A stretch of 64,000 bases of DNA, taken from NCBI GenBank assembly GCA_963811105.1, contig CAWEPZ010000009.1, positions 224,001-288,000 of the forward strand, read 5' to 3'. Positions 20,713 to 31,586 of the stretch are shown here, one piece after another. The position numbers and the translations under genes are program-made. The notes under the pieces were generated by a model, which did not search any database, was not told the origin of the DNA, and saw only the letters and a list, made by a program, of their open reading frames with translations. The stretch comes from Candidatus Bathyarchaeota archaeon. Lineage in GTDB: Archaea; Thermoproteota; Bathyarchaeia; Bathyarchaeales; Bathycorpusculaceae. How positions within the stretch are numbered: position 1 is the stretch's first letter; each line of letters begins with the position of its first letter.

Positions 20713-21663
20713 GTGACTAAGGAACAAACCAGCCAAAAAGAAGACATTAAACAGCAACTTCAAAAGTTAAGAGAGCAAGCTAACACAGCTAACGCTCAAA
20801 TCAGCAAACACATCGAAAACAGAAACCAACTAAACGATCAATTTAAGAAAGCTCGTGGCGAAATTGATGAGCTAAAAAAAGAGCGAGACAGCATTAATGG
20901 GAAAGTTAAGGCGCTCAAACAGGAAAGAAACGCAATTAGAGCTCAAACTTCACCCATTACTGAGAAAATAAACCTTGCAAAAGGAAAAATTGATGAACTT
21001 AAAAAGAAATTGCCACGGGTCAGCCAAGGGGAGTTGCAAGAGGAGTTTGATGCAATTGAATGGAAAATCCAGACAACCTCTCTTGATTTAAAAGAGGAAA
21101 AGTTGCTCATAGAAGATGTAAAGCAGCTTGAAATTCAACTTTCAGGATATAAAAAAATTGACGCCCAACACAAGAAAATCAATGATTTAATTGCTCAGCG
21201 AAGAGTCTTTGATAATCAAGCCGATGTAGTTCATAAGGAATTAACTGACTTAGCTAATAATAGTCAAGCCCTACATTCAATCATTGTTGAGAAAGTAAAT
21301 TCAACCAAGATGATTAGAGCCCAAGCAGACGGCGAGCATCAAGCTTTCCTTAAGACAAAAGAAGAAATTTCCTCCTTATACGAGAAAATCACAGAGCTAA
21401 GCATGCAGCTGCGAGGAGTTTATGATTCTTTAAGAGAGGAATATAAAGCCAGAAAAGCCTCAAATGAGCAAACTGCAAAGGACCAGCAACAAGCATTTTT
21501 GGAGAGGCAACAGGCAACCAAGGCAAAAGAGCAGGCCATTAGAGAAAAGCTAGAGACTGAAGCTAAGGAGAAACTTCAGAAGGGCGAAGAATTAAGCTGG
21601 GATGAGTTCAAACTGGTTATGGGCGATGACGCTGAAGATAAGGACTCAGAGACACAAAACTAA
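20713..21663 (+). CDS. archaeal coiled-coil protein (COG1340-like)
   Basis: IEWKIQTTSLDLKEEK, KLQKGEELSWDEF; continuous heptads. Confidence 0.85.
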   Translation: MTKEQTSQKEDIKQQLQKLREQANTANAQISKHIENRNQLNDQFKKARGEIDELKKERDSINGKVKALKQERNAIRAQTSPITEKINLAKGKIDELKKKLPRVSQGELQEEFDAIEWKIQTTSLDLKEEKLLIEDVKQLEIQLSGYKKIDAQHKKINDLIAQRRVFDNQADVVHKELTDLANNSQALHSIIVEKVNSTKMIRAQADGEHQAFLKTKEEISSLYEKITELSMQLRGVYDSLREEYKARKASNEQTAKDQQQAFLERQQATKAKEQAIREKLETEAKEKLQKGEELSWDEFKLVMGDDAEDKDSETQN

Positions 21664-21680
21664 AGTTCATTCAAGGTAAT

Positions 21681-22928
21681 ATGGGAATAGATATAGAGAT
21701 GGCTAAGAAGGAAACGCAAGAACTAACGCAAAAGCGTATCCTAATTTTATGCGTGGATAGAGATGGCGATCTTGAAACAAAGGCTAAAATAAAAACGCCG
21801 CTTCTTGGAAGAACCGCAAATTTAGACGGCGCAACTTCCCTAGCCTTAAATGATCCTGAAGAACCAGACGCCAATGCTATGTTTGAAGCCATCCGGCTCT
21901 ATGACAGGCTGCAAACTGAGAAGCAGCCTGAAGAAGTTTTCGAGGTTGCCACCATTTCTGGTTCTGATTTGGGCGGTGTTAGCGCTGACAGAAAAGTAGT
22001 TGCTGAATTGAACAATTTACTTGAATCATTTAGCGCAAACGAAGTGATCTTGGTTTCAGATGGTTACTCTGATGAGGCAGTGTTGCCGCTAGTTGAATTT
22101 AGAGTGCCTGTTTCATCTGTTCGGAGGATAGTAATAAAACACAGTGAATCAATTGAAGAAACTGCTGCTCTCTTTTCTAAATATGTCAAGATACTATTTG
22201 ATAACCCTAGATATGCGCGTATGGCTCTGGGTTTACCTGGACTACTTGTTTTTATCTTTGGTATTCTTTGGGCTATCAACCAATTTGTATATCCAGGCGC
22301 CATTTACTATTATGGAATTGCATTTGTAATTATTTTAGGAGGTTTTCTGCTCATCAAAGGATTTGGTATTGACCGATCAGCAAAAGGTTTCTATACATGG
22401 GTAAAAGATTATTCTCCGCCTCCTCTTCCCATGCAAATCTCGAATTATACGATTTTCGCTGGAATCTTATGCGTAGCTGTTAGCGTCTACCTTGGGGTAG
22501 CAAACGTCATAACTAATATCGCACCGTTCCCAGTTAATGCTGCCGGGTGGCTTGCGGCAAGTCCAAGAATAGCCACGTTCTTTATCAAAGGAATCATTGA
22601 TCTTTTGGTGGTAGGGTTAATCATAATTCTTTTCGGCCGCAGCGTCCGATTATATATTGAAAGAGACTCAAGATTACTGCGGAATGTAGCGTTAGTTGTT
22701 ACAGTTGGTTGGTCCCGCTGGATACTTGACGGAACTGCAAACATCATCTACAATCCGTTGAATTCCTCGCAGCCAATCGATATAAATAACGCTTTTTTCC
22801 AAAATTTCGTTTTCACAATAATAGTAGGTATGTTAATTGGTATAGCTTCCATATTGTTGATTTACATTATTAACAGGTCAACTAAAGATTTCTTCCAGAA
22901 ACCAGATAGAAATCAAACGGCAAAATGA
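21681..22928 (+). CDS. DUF373 family membrane protein
   Basis: LCVDRDGDL, DPEEPDANAMF, VSDGYSDE and C-terminal transmembrane helices. Confidence 0.9.
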   Translation: MGIDIEMAKKETQELTQKRILILCVDRDGDLETKAKIKTPLLGRTANLDGATSLALNDPEEPDANAMFEAIRLYDRLQTEKQPEEVFEVATISGSDLGGVSADRKVVAELNNLLESFSANEVILVSDGYSDEAVLPLVEFRVPVSSVRRIVIKHSESIEETAALFSKYVKILFDNPRYARMALGLPGLLVFIFGILWAINQFVYPGAIYYYGIAFVIILGGFLLIKGFGIDRSAKGFYTWVKDYSPPPLPMQISNYTIFAGILCVAVSVYLGVANVITNIAPFPVNAAGWLAASPRIATFFIKGIIDLLVVGLIIILFGRSVRLYIERDSRLLRNVALVVTVGWSRWILDGTANIIYNPLNSSQPIDINNAFFQNFVFTIIVGMLIGIASILLIYIINRSTKDFFQKPDRNQTAK

Positions 22929-23057
22929 ATTCTTTCCCAGCATTTTCGGCAGTGATTAGAGCAAGATTTAATTGAAACTACCAAGATTTTTAATTGTAAT
23001 GCATAATTTCAAGTTAGCCCCAATTCAAGAACGATTTAACCAGCGAGGTCACGTTTA

Positions 23058-23840
23058 ATGCTAAAAAGAATGCTTTCTTTTATTGGCGCTTATAAGTTAT
23101 ATCAGAAATGGCTTTGGCAACAGGTGAAGGATGATGTAAAACCTGAACATATTGCCATAATTTTAGATGGAAATAGGCGCTGGGCTAACGAAATGGAACT
23201 TAATCCATGGTTGGGTCATAAGCATGGAGCTGACACAGTTGAGCTACTTCTAGATTGGTGCCATATGCTTAATGTGAAATACGTGACGCTTTACACTTTT
23301 TCCACTGAAAACTTTACACGCAATTCAGAGGAAGTGGAAAAGATTATGCAGATTGCAGAAGAAAGATTCCGTAAACTTCTAAAAGATGAGCGTTTACATC
23401 GTGACAAAGTTCACGTCAAAGTTATTGGAAGAGCTAATCTTCTACCCAAAAGTTTGCAAGAAAGCATAACAGATATTGAGAAGGCAACAGAAAATTATGA
23501 TAGCTACTTCTGGAACTTTGCTTTCGCGTATGGTGGAAGAGCGGAAATTGTTGATGCCGCCAAAACTATTGCTAGCAAAGTGAAAAGTGGCGAGCTTGAT
23601 TTAGATGATGTATCTGAGAGTACCTTTGAAAAGTACCTTTACACTTCACATATGGATAAGCAAGATCCAGATATAGTTATACGCACTTCTGGTGAAGAAC
23701 GCTTAAGCGGGTTCTTGCTTTGGCAGGCTGCTTACAGTGAACTTCTTTTCTTGGACGTTTTTTGGCCTGAATTTCGTCTGATTGATTTGTTAAGAGCGAT
23801 TAGGACTTTTCAGAGACGTAAGCGACGCTTCGGCAAGTAG
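23058..23840 (+). CDS. uppS: cis-prenyltransferase (undecaprenyl diphosphate synthase)
   Basis: HIAIILDGNRRWA, FSTENF, IRTSGEERLSGFLLWQ. Confidence 0.97.
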   Translation: MLKRMLSFIGAYKLYQKWLWQQVKDDVKPEHIAIILDGNRRWANEMELNPWLGHKHGADTVELLLDWCHMLNVKYVTLYTFSTENFTRNSEEVEKIMQIAEERFRKLLKDERLHRDKVHVKVIGRANLLPKSLQESITDIEKATENYDSYFWNFAFAYGGRAEIVDAAKTIASKVKSGELDLDDVSESTFEKYLYTSHMDKQDPDIVIRTSGEERLSGFLLWQAAYSELLFLDVFWPEFRLIDLLRAIRTFQRRKRRFGK

Positions 23841-23848
23841 ATACTAGA

Positions 23849-25072
23849 TTAAGCTCGTTTTTTTGCGCTGACTATTGAGATAACATCGCGGTCTTTAAGG
23901 ATGGCATCTTCACCAATCTTTCTCTTGTCACGAGCATCAACAGCGTAAATGAAGCTTTCTCCAAGTTCCGTATGAATTATGTAGGCAAACTGATGAGCTG
24001 TTGTTCCTTGCGGTACAAGATAGGTATCTGGCAGCACTCGTCCGTTGTGGTCGGATAGATGCTCCAAGTCTTCAACTGGATAAACGGTTATCATGTTGAG
24101 AAGTTTAAAGTAAGCCATGTTCATTGCTTCTTGAATACCAGTTGAACCGTTTTTAGCGAGTACTTTTTCGTGTATAGCTTCTAACGCTTTAATTTGGCCT
24201 GGAGACAGCTTTTCTGGTTGAGCAATTTTGAAATTGGTGTCACCCGGCTTGTATTCGATTAATTGTTTTTCAGCGGCCCGTCTGAGAGCTAGTTCAGCTT
24301 CTGCGGAGCATGGAATAACAATGTAATTAAGCTTTTTCATTCGCTCCAAGTTAGCTTGAGCCGACGGCAAGTCAATTTTATTGGCCACTATAAGCATGGG
24401 TTTTGAGATGCGCCTTAAATTGTCAATAAACTTGTAAAAGTCTTCATCTGTCCATGTGGCTGGTTTATCTACATTTAAGTTAGATCTTTTGATAGCTTCA
24501 GCGACTTGTTGGCGTCTTATGCCTAAACCGGTTAAACGCTCTTCAAGGGGGATGGCGATACCTTTTTTGTCTGCCTCAGCAGTCCTTGCGATTTTCGGCC
24601 AATCTTTTTTTAGTATTGTGATCATCCACATTGTAATTTCGCGTTCAAGAAATTGCACGTCTTCCAATGGGTCGTGTTCTCCGGGTTTGCAGACTTTTCC
24701 TTCGCAATCTGTTCCGCCTGAAGCATCAACTACATGGATAAGGGCGTCTGCCCTACGTATTTCATCAAGGAACTGGTTGCCTAAGCCGCGTCCTTCCCAC
24801 GCGCCTGGCACAATCCCAGCTATATCAATTAATTCTACAGGAACCAGCCTTGTTCCATCTAGGCAGAGGGAGTTTCTTGGGTTGTCTTTTACTTTAAAAT
24901 CTTTGTGAACGCAAGGCGTTCGGACATAACCGACTCCCCTGTTTGGCTTAATGGTTGTAAAAGGATAATTCGCTATTTCAGCGGCCGCCAAGGTTGCAGC
25001 GCTAAAAAATGTGGATTTCCCTGTATTAGGCTTTCCAACTACACCGAGTAATCTGGAGTAGGATCTTTGCAT
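23849..25072 (-). CDS. ychF: YchF/Ola1-family translation-associated ATPase/GTPase
   Basis: GKPNTGKST, ANYPFTTI, GRGLGNQFL and a C-terminal TGS domain. Confidence 0.93.
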   Translation of the reverse strand: MQRSYSRLLGVVGKPNTGKSTFFSAATLAAAEIANYPFTTIKPNRGVGYVRTPCVHKDFKVKDNPRNSLCLDGTRLVPVELIDIAGIVPGAWEGRGLGNQFLDEIRRADALIHVVDASGGTDCEGKVCKPGEHDPLEDVQFLEREITMWMITILKKDWPKIARTAEADKKGIAIPLEERLTGLGIRRQQVAEAIKRSNLNVDKPATWTDEDFYKFIDNLRRISKPMLIVANKIDLPSAQANLERMKKLNYIVIPCSAEAELALRRAAEKQLIEYKPGDTNFKIAQPEKLSPGQIKALEAIHEKVLAKNGSTGIQEAMNMAYFKLLNMITVYPVEDLEHLSDHNGRVLPDTYLVPQGTTAHQFAYIIHTELGESFIYAVDARDKRKIGEDAILKDRDVISIVSAKKRA

Positions 25073-25239
25073 TGTTACTTCACGTTACGTATTGTTGCAA
25101 CGTGTGACGCTATATTGTTTATGCTTCATTAAATGAAAAATGTATTTCTGTAATTCTATTCATCTAAAATTGTGATTTAACGATATAATAATAAGCATGA
25201 GGTGATAACGTCAATTCATTCACGAATCACGTAACGGTA

Positions 25240-27705
25240 ATGAATAAGGTGAACCGGAAGATCTCGCCCAAATTTCTCGTATTATTAGCTATTTCGTTGT
25301 TTATTGTAAGCTACGTTCCTGAGCTTGCAAGTACAAGTTTGGCCGCTTCGCCTAGAGATAATTGGGTTGGTCGGCCGATGCACATCGCCACTCTGGTTGA
25401 TCCTTTTGCTTTATCCGGATATTCGCCTAGCCAAATACGTGGTGCTTATGGCTTGCCTTCTTCAGGCGGGGTTGGTGCTACGATTGCAATAATTGACTCT
25501 TTTGATTCCCCAAACATTAGGAATGATTTAGCGGTATTTTCCACTCGATTTGATTTGCCAGCGCCCTCAAACAGTAATTTCGAAGTGCATCCAATGTCTG
25601 CAAACATGGATACAAATAGCAGTTGGACAGAGGAAACTTGTTTGGATGTGGAGTGGGCTCATGCTATTGCGCCAGATGCTAAAATACTGTTAGTTGAGGC
25701 ACAATCCGATGATTCCACTGACCTTTTGGCAGCTATTAATTATACTCAGTATCGATCAGACGTTGTTGCCGTTTCTATGAGTTGGGGCACTCCTGAATAT
25801 CCCCAGGAAGTAATTGATGATTTGACTTTCCTAAACTCTAACAGCATGCAATTTTTTGCTGCCTCAGGCGATAATGGAACGATTATGTGGCCGGCTAGTT
25901 CACCGTTGGTGGTCGCTGTGGGAGGAACATCGCTTAACCTAAACAGTGATGGCTCAGTTAATTCTGAGATTGCTTGGAGTGGAAGCGGAGGCGGAGTAAG
26001 CAGATATGAACGTATATCTAGCGAACAAAAGAATTATGGTTTAACGGGAACTAAACGGTGTGTTCCTGACGTTTCATACGATGCTGATACATCGACAGGT
26101 TTTTTGGCATACTGCAATTCCCAATGGTACAAGATGGGAGGAACAAGCGCAGGAACACCTCAATGGGCAGCCATGTATGCATTAGGCCGCTCTGCAACAA
26201 ACGCTTATCTTTATGCAAAAGCAAAAACGTTCTATTCCTCTTATTTCCGGGACATCACCTCAGGCTCAAACGGTGCATACAATGCAACGGCAGGTTATGA
26301 CTTTGTTACTGGTTTAGGGAGCCCCTTAACCTACAATTTTGCTTTTGGCGTAACAGTTTCGCCTAATTCCGGTCCAGCTCAAGGAGGTATAACGCTTAAC
26401 GGAGATGGATTGACGCCCAGCGGCTCTGTAAACATTTCCTGGCTAAACCCGTTGACTTCCGCATGGGTACTAATAGCAAATAATGTAACTGCAGATTCAT
26501 TAGGTCATTTTACTTATTCTTCTAGTGCTCCTGATTTATTACAAGATAATCCAGCCGGCGATAATCAACCCAACCTTAACAATATTATTTTCCGAGCAAA
26601 GGATAACAGCAATGGAAATCTGTGCAATACGACTATTCCTTACACAGAATGGCGTAGAGGCTTAACTCAAATAGACAGCCAAGCGGCAACAGGATTATAT
26701 GGTAACCGAACAAATCTTGCAACAAAGGCTTTTGTACAAAACGGGCAATTAATAACAACGTCGGGTAAATGGTTCGTACCAGGCACAGCAACGTTATTCT
26801 GGGATAGCACAATCAACTTGGGAACGGCAGCGATTGATGCAACGGGAGCCTTCAGTGCTAACGTTACTGTCCCATCATCAACTTTGGGGCAACATACAGT
26901 TACCATAAATGATGGCGCTTCCAACTTCTGCGTAAATGTAACTCGTTCACCAATTATTGCCAACGATTATATTTATTCTTGGCATACTTCGGACATCCTA
27001 GTGAACTTGACACCAGAGGATAACGTAACGGAAACATACTATTCGATCAATAATGGACCAGTCTGCAACGTTAGCGCATACGGACAACCAACCATATCAA
27101 CTGAAGGCACGAATAACACGCTTGAGTACTGGTGCACATGGAACTTTTATGGAACAGGTAACATGGAACTTCCTCACATAACTTTAACAGACATACAATT
27201 ACAAAAAACATCACCCCAAGGATTAATGCAGATAAACAACGGCGCATCATCTACAAATACAAACACAGTAACACTAACGGTAAGTGCAACCTCGTTATCT
27301 GGCGTTTGCCAAATGAGGTTTAGTAACGACGGCATCTGGGATACTGAATCCTGGGAGACCTTTTCAACACCCAGAGCATGGATGCTTACAAACGGCGATG
27401 GGGTAAAAACTGTTTATTGTCAAGTAAAAGATAACGCAGGCTTAACAGCAAGTTTTGCTAGTTCATTATCTCTTACAGTCCTACAAGCAACGGCGACTCC
27501 CACACCAAGCTACAGCAGTCCACCTCTATCAACTCCCTCGTCATCTCCAAGTGCAACTCCTTCGCCGAGCAAATCCTCGTCACCAGCTCCTTCACCAACG
27601 CCTGAAGCACCAGAATCAAGCATTCAAATGGTTCTTATCCTTCTCGCTTTGGTAACGTTTTCTTTTATGATTAAACAAAAAAGCAAAACGCAAAATCAAA
27701 ACTAG
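25240..27705 (+). CDS. secreted sedolisin (S53) peptidase with Ig-like domains, Ser/Pro linker and C-terminal anchor
   Basis: ETCLDVE, ASGDNG, GGTSAGTP, GYDFVTGLGSP; signal peptide; PE-x-TM-basic tail. Confidence 0.9.
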   Translation: MNKVNRKISPKFLVLLAISLFIVSYVPELASTSLAASPRDNWVGRPMHIATLVDPFALSGYSPSQIRGAYGLPSSGGVGATIAIIDSFDSPNIRNDLAVFSTRFDLPAPSNSNFEVHPMSANMDTNSSWTEETCLDVEWAHAIAPDAKILLVEAQSDDSTDLLAAINYTQYRSDVVAVSMSWGTPEYPQEVIDDLTFLNSNSMQFFAASGDNGTIMWPASSPLVVAVGGTSLNLNSDGSVNSEIAWSGSGGGVSRYERISSEQKNYGLTGTKRCVPDVSYDADTSTGFLAYCNSQWYKMGGTSAGTPQWAAMYALGRSATNAYLYAKAKTFYSSYFRDITSGSNGAYNATAGYDFVTGLGSPLTYNFAFGVTVSPNSGPAQGGITLNGDGLTPSGSVNISWLNPLTSAWVLIANNVTADSLGHFTYSSSAPDLLQDNPAGDNQPNLNNIIFRAKDNSNGNLCNTTIPYTEWRRGLTQIDSQAATGLYGNRTNLATKAFVQNGQLITTSGKWFVPGTATLFWDSTINLGTAAIDATGAFSANVTVPSSTLGQHTVTINDGASNFCVNVTRSPIIANDYIYSWHTSDILVNLTPEDNVTETYYSINNGPVCNVSAYGQPTISTEGTNNTLEYWCTWNFYGTGNMELPHITLTDIQLQKTSPQGLMQINNGASSTNTNTVTLTVSATSLSGVCQMRFSNDGIWDTESWETFSTPRAWMLTNGDGVKTVYCQVKDNAGLTASFASSLSLTVLQATATPTPSYSSPPLSTPSSSPSATPSPSKSSSPAPSPTPEAPESSIQMVLILLALVTFSFMIKQKSKTQNQN

Positions 27706-27777
27706 CAAACAATCCTCTATTTTCAAAAGTGAACTATGTTTTTAAGTCAAAGCATTTTCTATTTTCTTGGTGTTTTC

Positions 27778-28443
27778 GTGAAAATCGCTGAAGGAATCTA
27801 TCAAATAGAAGGAATCAATGGTAACGTTTACTTGGTTGAAGATGGAGAAAAACTAATCTTAATTGATACAGGTTTGCCTCGAAGCGGCAATAAAATAATA
27901 AAATACCTCGAAAAACTGGGGCGCAATCCCACGGATGTCTCCACTATTGTGTTAACTCATTTTCACATTGACCATGTTGGAAGCGCCAAGAAAATGAAGG
28001 AGGCCACAGGCGCAAAAGTCGCGGTTCATGAGCTTGATGCCGACTATGTCGCTGGTAAAAGAGCTCCTCCCAAACCTAAGAACCTGATTTTTAGAGCGTT
28101 TAGTTCTGTCGTTAAGCCTTCAGCAGTTGAGGTTGATTTACCGCTCAATGATGGTGACAAAATTGGAAAGCTGCGGGTTATACATACACCTGGGCATTCT
28201 GAAGGAAGCATCTCGCTATTGGACGCTGAAAGAAAAGCCATGTTTGTAGGCGATGCAATAAGGTTTACAGATGGCAAGATTACTGGTCCGCCAGAACAGT
28301 TCACCTTAGACCCTGCCAGAGCGAAAGAATCCATCGGGAAAATAGGCACTTTTGACTTTGATATTATGCTTAGCGGACATGGTAAACCACTAATGCCAAA
28401 CGCTTCACAGAAAATCAAGGAATTCTATGCTACTCTGAAGTAG
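27778..28443 (+). CDS. metallo-beta-lactamase-fold hydrolase
   Basis: THFHIDHVG, HTPGHS, GDA, GHG. Confidence 0.92.
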   Translation: MKIAEGIYQIEGINGNVYLVEDGEKLILIDTGLPRSGNKIIKYLEKLGRNPTDVSTIVLTHFHIDHVGSAKKMKEATGAKVAVHELDADYVAGKRAPPKPKNLIFRAFSSVVKPSAVEVDLPLNDGDKIGKLRVIHTPGHSEGSISLLDAERKAMFVGDAIRFTDGKITGPPEQFTLDPARAKESIGKIGTFDFDIMLSGHGKPLMPNASQKIKEFYATLK

Positions 28444-28449
28444 TTTCGC

Positions 28450-28900
28450 TCATTGCATTCTGGACTATTCGGTTTTCCTTGCGAACGGATTCTTTGCCTC
28501 TTAGTGCTAAGAAAAACGGCGGTTAAGAAGCAGAATACTGCTGCAAATATGAAAGCTTTAGTTAAGCGCAATCATGAAGGGCGAGGCTATAGCGTTTGGG
28601 AAGAAGGCTTGGCCAGTCAAGATGTTTAATGTATTTTGAGGAAGGCTTGCTGCTACGGTTGGATCCATTACATGCAGCAATGTGACTATTGGGTTATATC
28701 CCAGAAATGCCGCGAAAAGTGTGCCTGAAGACAGGAGTATGACCAAAAGAGGCGGCTTTTGCGTCGGAGCCCCAGTATAGGCTACTGTCGTTGAAAGCGC
28801 AACCCTTTTGGTATTGTACCATATGCTCGGTCAGTCTGAAGTCTTCTTTTGCCAAAGTGATGCTTATTATAAAGAGTTGCTCGACAAACCCATTGTATTC
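28450..28900 (-). pseudogene. C-terminal remnant of an MFS (DHA2-like) transporter
   Basis: LFAAFLGYNPI...LTGQAFFPNAIASPF with several frameshifts and no N-terminus. Boundaries approximate. Confidence 0.6.
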
Positions 28901-28907
28901 TGAGTTG

Positions 28908-29730
28908 CTAAACAGGATTTTCCTCAAGGTTCTTTTTGACACTTTTGGCGCTTGGTCCCTTCAACTCTAATAGACCTTCCAAAGTTTTATGACATTTGCT
29001 GCACTGCAACATTGAGTTGCCGCATGAAGGACAGAATAACTCTCCATTTTGCAGGCGCTCCAAAAGCTTCAACAATTCTACTTTATTTTGTAATTGAGCG
29101 GGTATATCCTGCTTTAACGCCGGCGGCTCAGCAGCTTTCTTTTGCTCGCTTGTTGTCGAAATGATTTCATTGTAGACTTTAGTTATGCCTAGCTTTGCCT
29201 TCTCGCAGTTTCTGCTTATCATCTTCAGTTGCTTCTTCAATTATTTTCTTACCTCGCTCAAAGGTACGGGTTGAAACCCCGGCTTTTTTGGCGACTACCT
29301 CGGTTGCTTTGCCTTTGACCTCGGGCTCCGCGTCATCTGACGCTACCCCCAATCCTAACTGCATTTTTTGTCCGTCTTTGCCAACTCTGCCTTGTCGCTT
29401 CTTTGCAAGCGCTTTCTCAATCTCAAGCAGTGGCACTGCCAATTCTACAAGTTGAAAATTGTTGAGGTGGCGGCGTCTGAGGTTAGCTTCGATCACGAAT
29501 TTTTTTTCCAACAGCTCATCTTCAAACTTACGCACCTCAAAATCTGGGTCGATGCCAAGCTCGAGGCATGCGCGATAGCGGTGGTGTCCGTCTAAGACTT
29601 CAAGATCCTCGTTCACTATTATGGCGTAGTGCTGCCCTTCTGTTTGTATAGAGGCTTTTAGCTCGGCGAATTCTTCTGAGGACATTTGAGGGAGTAGTTT
29701 TTCGTATTGTGGGTTTAGGTGTAAGCTCAT
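28908..29730 (-). CDS. ParB N-terminal-like domain protein with HTH and C-terminal zinc ribbon (frameshift near 29188)
   Basis: VLDGHHRYRAC, EANLRRRHL, AKKAGVSTRT. The second frame continues ITKVYNEI...CPSC...CSKC. Confidence 0.8.
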
Positions 29731-29958
29731 GGTAGTCCCAAGTGTTGGCTTACTTTTGTTTGATTTATTATATAAGGGTGAAGGGTTAAACCTAAAATGG
29801 ATAGGAACTATTTTTGGTTGTTGAGATCACTTCTTAACAGTGGAAAGACATTCAGCTTAGCGCTAAACGCCTGACTTGTTGGCTCCATGATACAACAACA
29901 TACTCTTTTATTTTTTCTTTAACCACATATGTATGCATAGAAAAACTCGCCAGCTCGT

Positions 29959-30057
29959 TTGGCGAATCACCCCGTTAACCAAAATGCGACGTTCTCTCTC
30001 CTCTCTCTTCCTGAAATTCTTAAAAAGCCGCAAGGTTAACAAAGGCTGGTTCGCCAA
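29959..30057. ncRNA. candidate structured RNA: long hairpin with CU-rich loop
   Basis: Nested stems TTGGCGAATCA/TGGTTCGCCAA, GTTAACC/GGTTAAC and TGCG/CGCA. Confidence 0.4.
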
Positions 30058-30096
30058 CCCATACTTTTCCAAAATTAATTTTCGGTTCATGTCTAT

Positions 30097-30937
30097 TTAG
30101 TCCCTTACAGGCAAACGTATTATGAATTTTGCGCCTTTTCCTTCTTGGCTTTCAAATGTAACTGTGCCGCCCAGCGAATCTGCCATGCGCTTAAGTACTA
30201 CTGAGACAAAACCCTGTCCTTTAGACTTTGTTGTAACCAAAGGCGTAAACAGCTTATCCTTTGCCTCTGCAGGAATACCCACGCCTGTATCCGCCACAGT
30301 TATGACAGAATTATCTGCTTCTTTGTAGGCGTTTATTGAAAGTTTTCCGCCTTCAGCATAGCTTGAACTGCGTTGGTAACCAAATTGCCTAGAACTCGCT
30401 TCAGGATATCTGAGTCTGCCATCACAATGTCTGCCTCCTTTCGTATTTTGACTTGCACTTTGACTTTTTTTGGAACACCATTCTTTGTGATCAATTCATC
30501 TATCAGTTTTAGTAAGTTTGTTTCTTTGAGTTAGGTTTAAGAAGTCTAGTATAATCTTGCAGATCCGCCACTATTTTGTAGATGTACAAGATGTTTTTTT
30601 CAATCTCCTCTAAGCTTACTAGATCGTTCTTTCTCCTCGGAACCTGCTGTTGAGGCCAATTCTGTTTTTGCCAAATAAACATCGCCAGTTATAGCCTACA
30701 ATTATTACGAACACCGTGTCCAACCGTACCAACAGTAGCTCCTATAGCAGCCAAACGCTCAGCATCTTTTAACTGTGCTGCCCTTTGATCTGCAAGGGTT
30801 TCAATTTGATTTGCGTATTCTTCAAGACGGACAGGAGATTCTTCAAGCTTAAGTTGCATCTCTATTCGTTGGGTAATATCGACATTCGACTCCAACATTT
30901 CGTACATTTTGAAGTCAGAATCAAATTTGCCTACCAA
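30097..30937 (-). pseudogene. sensor histidine kinase, multiply disrupted
   Basis: ERLAAIGAT...GHGVRN (H-box), LGNLVTNAVQ, DTGVGI, LFTPLVTTKSKGQG lie in different frames. Confidence 0.85.
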
Positions 30938-31079
30938 TAACTGTGAACAACTATTCTATTGCCATCTTATTTCAGATTCTGTTGAGATTAAGAGAATTGA
31001 AGATTGCCAAAAGTGCTATTATTCTGCTCCAGTCCAAGCCAACCTCAAAATCAACATTTGAAAACTTCCAATTAAATCG

Positions 31080-31586
31080 TCAAAATCCTATGTTTGGAAG
31101 AACATAGTTTCTTCTTCTTCCCAGCACATCACCTATGAATGCACCTGCAAACCAGCACATTATAAGCGTAATAGAAAAGAATCCACCACCTATCGAATTT
31201 ACGATTTGTGCTAAAATCCCACTTACAGCGGAAACAAGCAGTATTACGGCCCAAGCAATGAAGCCAATGACGCATCCGCTCACAAACAGAAATACAGGTC
31301 TGTTGCCGCCAGGAATTGAGGGTTTAAATCTAATGTAGGATACAAAGCCTATCGCTATTATCACTGTAGCCAGCATCATAACTGTTATTCCTAAGGACAT
31401 ATTAAGGGCGAATCCAAAAACCATTGTAAAAACCGCTGCAAGTAACCCTAGAAACAGCCAATAGCTTTTGTACATTGAAATGTTTCTTGGTTTATTTTCA
31501 GTTTTAGGCAAAGACTTCTTTTTCTTTGTGTAAGTCTTTGGCTTAATCTTGGTCTTAGAAGAGGAGCTGCTCTTATCTTTAGGCAT
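31080..31586 (-). CDS. hypothetical membrane protein (4 TM)
   Basis: Basic N-terminus followed by four hydrophobic segments. Confidence 0.7.
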   Translation of the reverse strand: MPKDKSSSSSKTKIKPKTYTKKKKSLPKTENKPRNISMYKSYWLFLGLLAAVFTMVFGFALNMSLGITVMMLATVIIAIGFVSYIRFKPSIPGGNRPVFLFVSGCVIGFIAWAVILLVSAVSGILAQIVNSIGGGFFSITLIMCWFAGAFIGDVLGRRRNYVLPNIGF

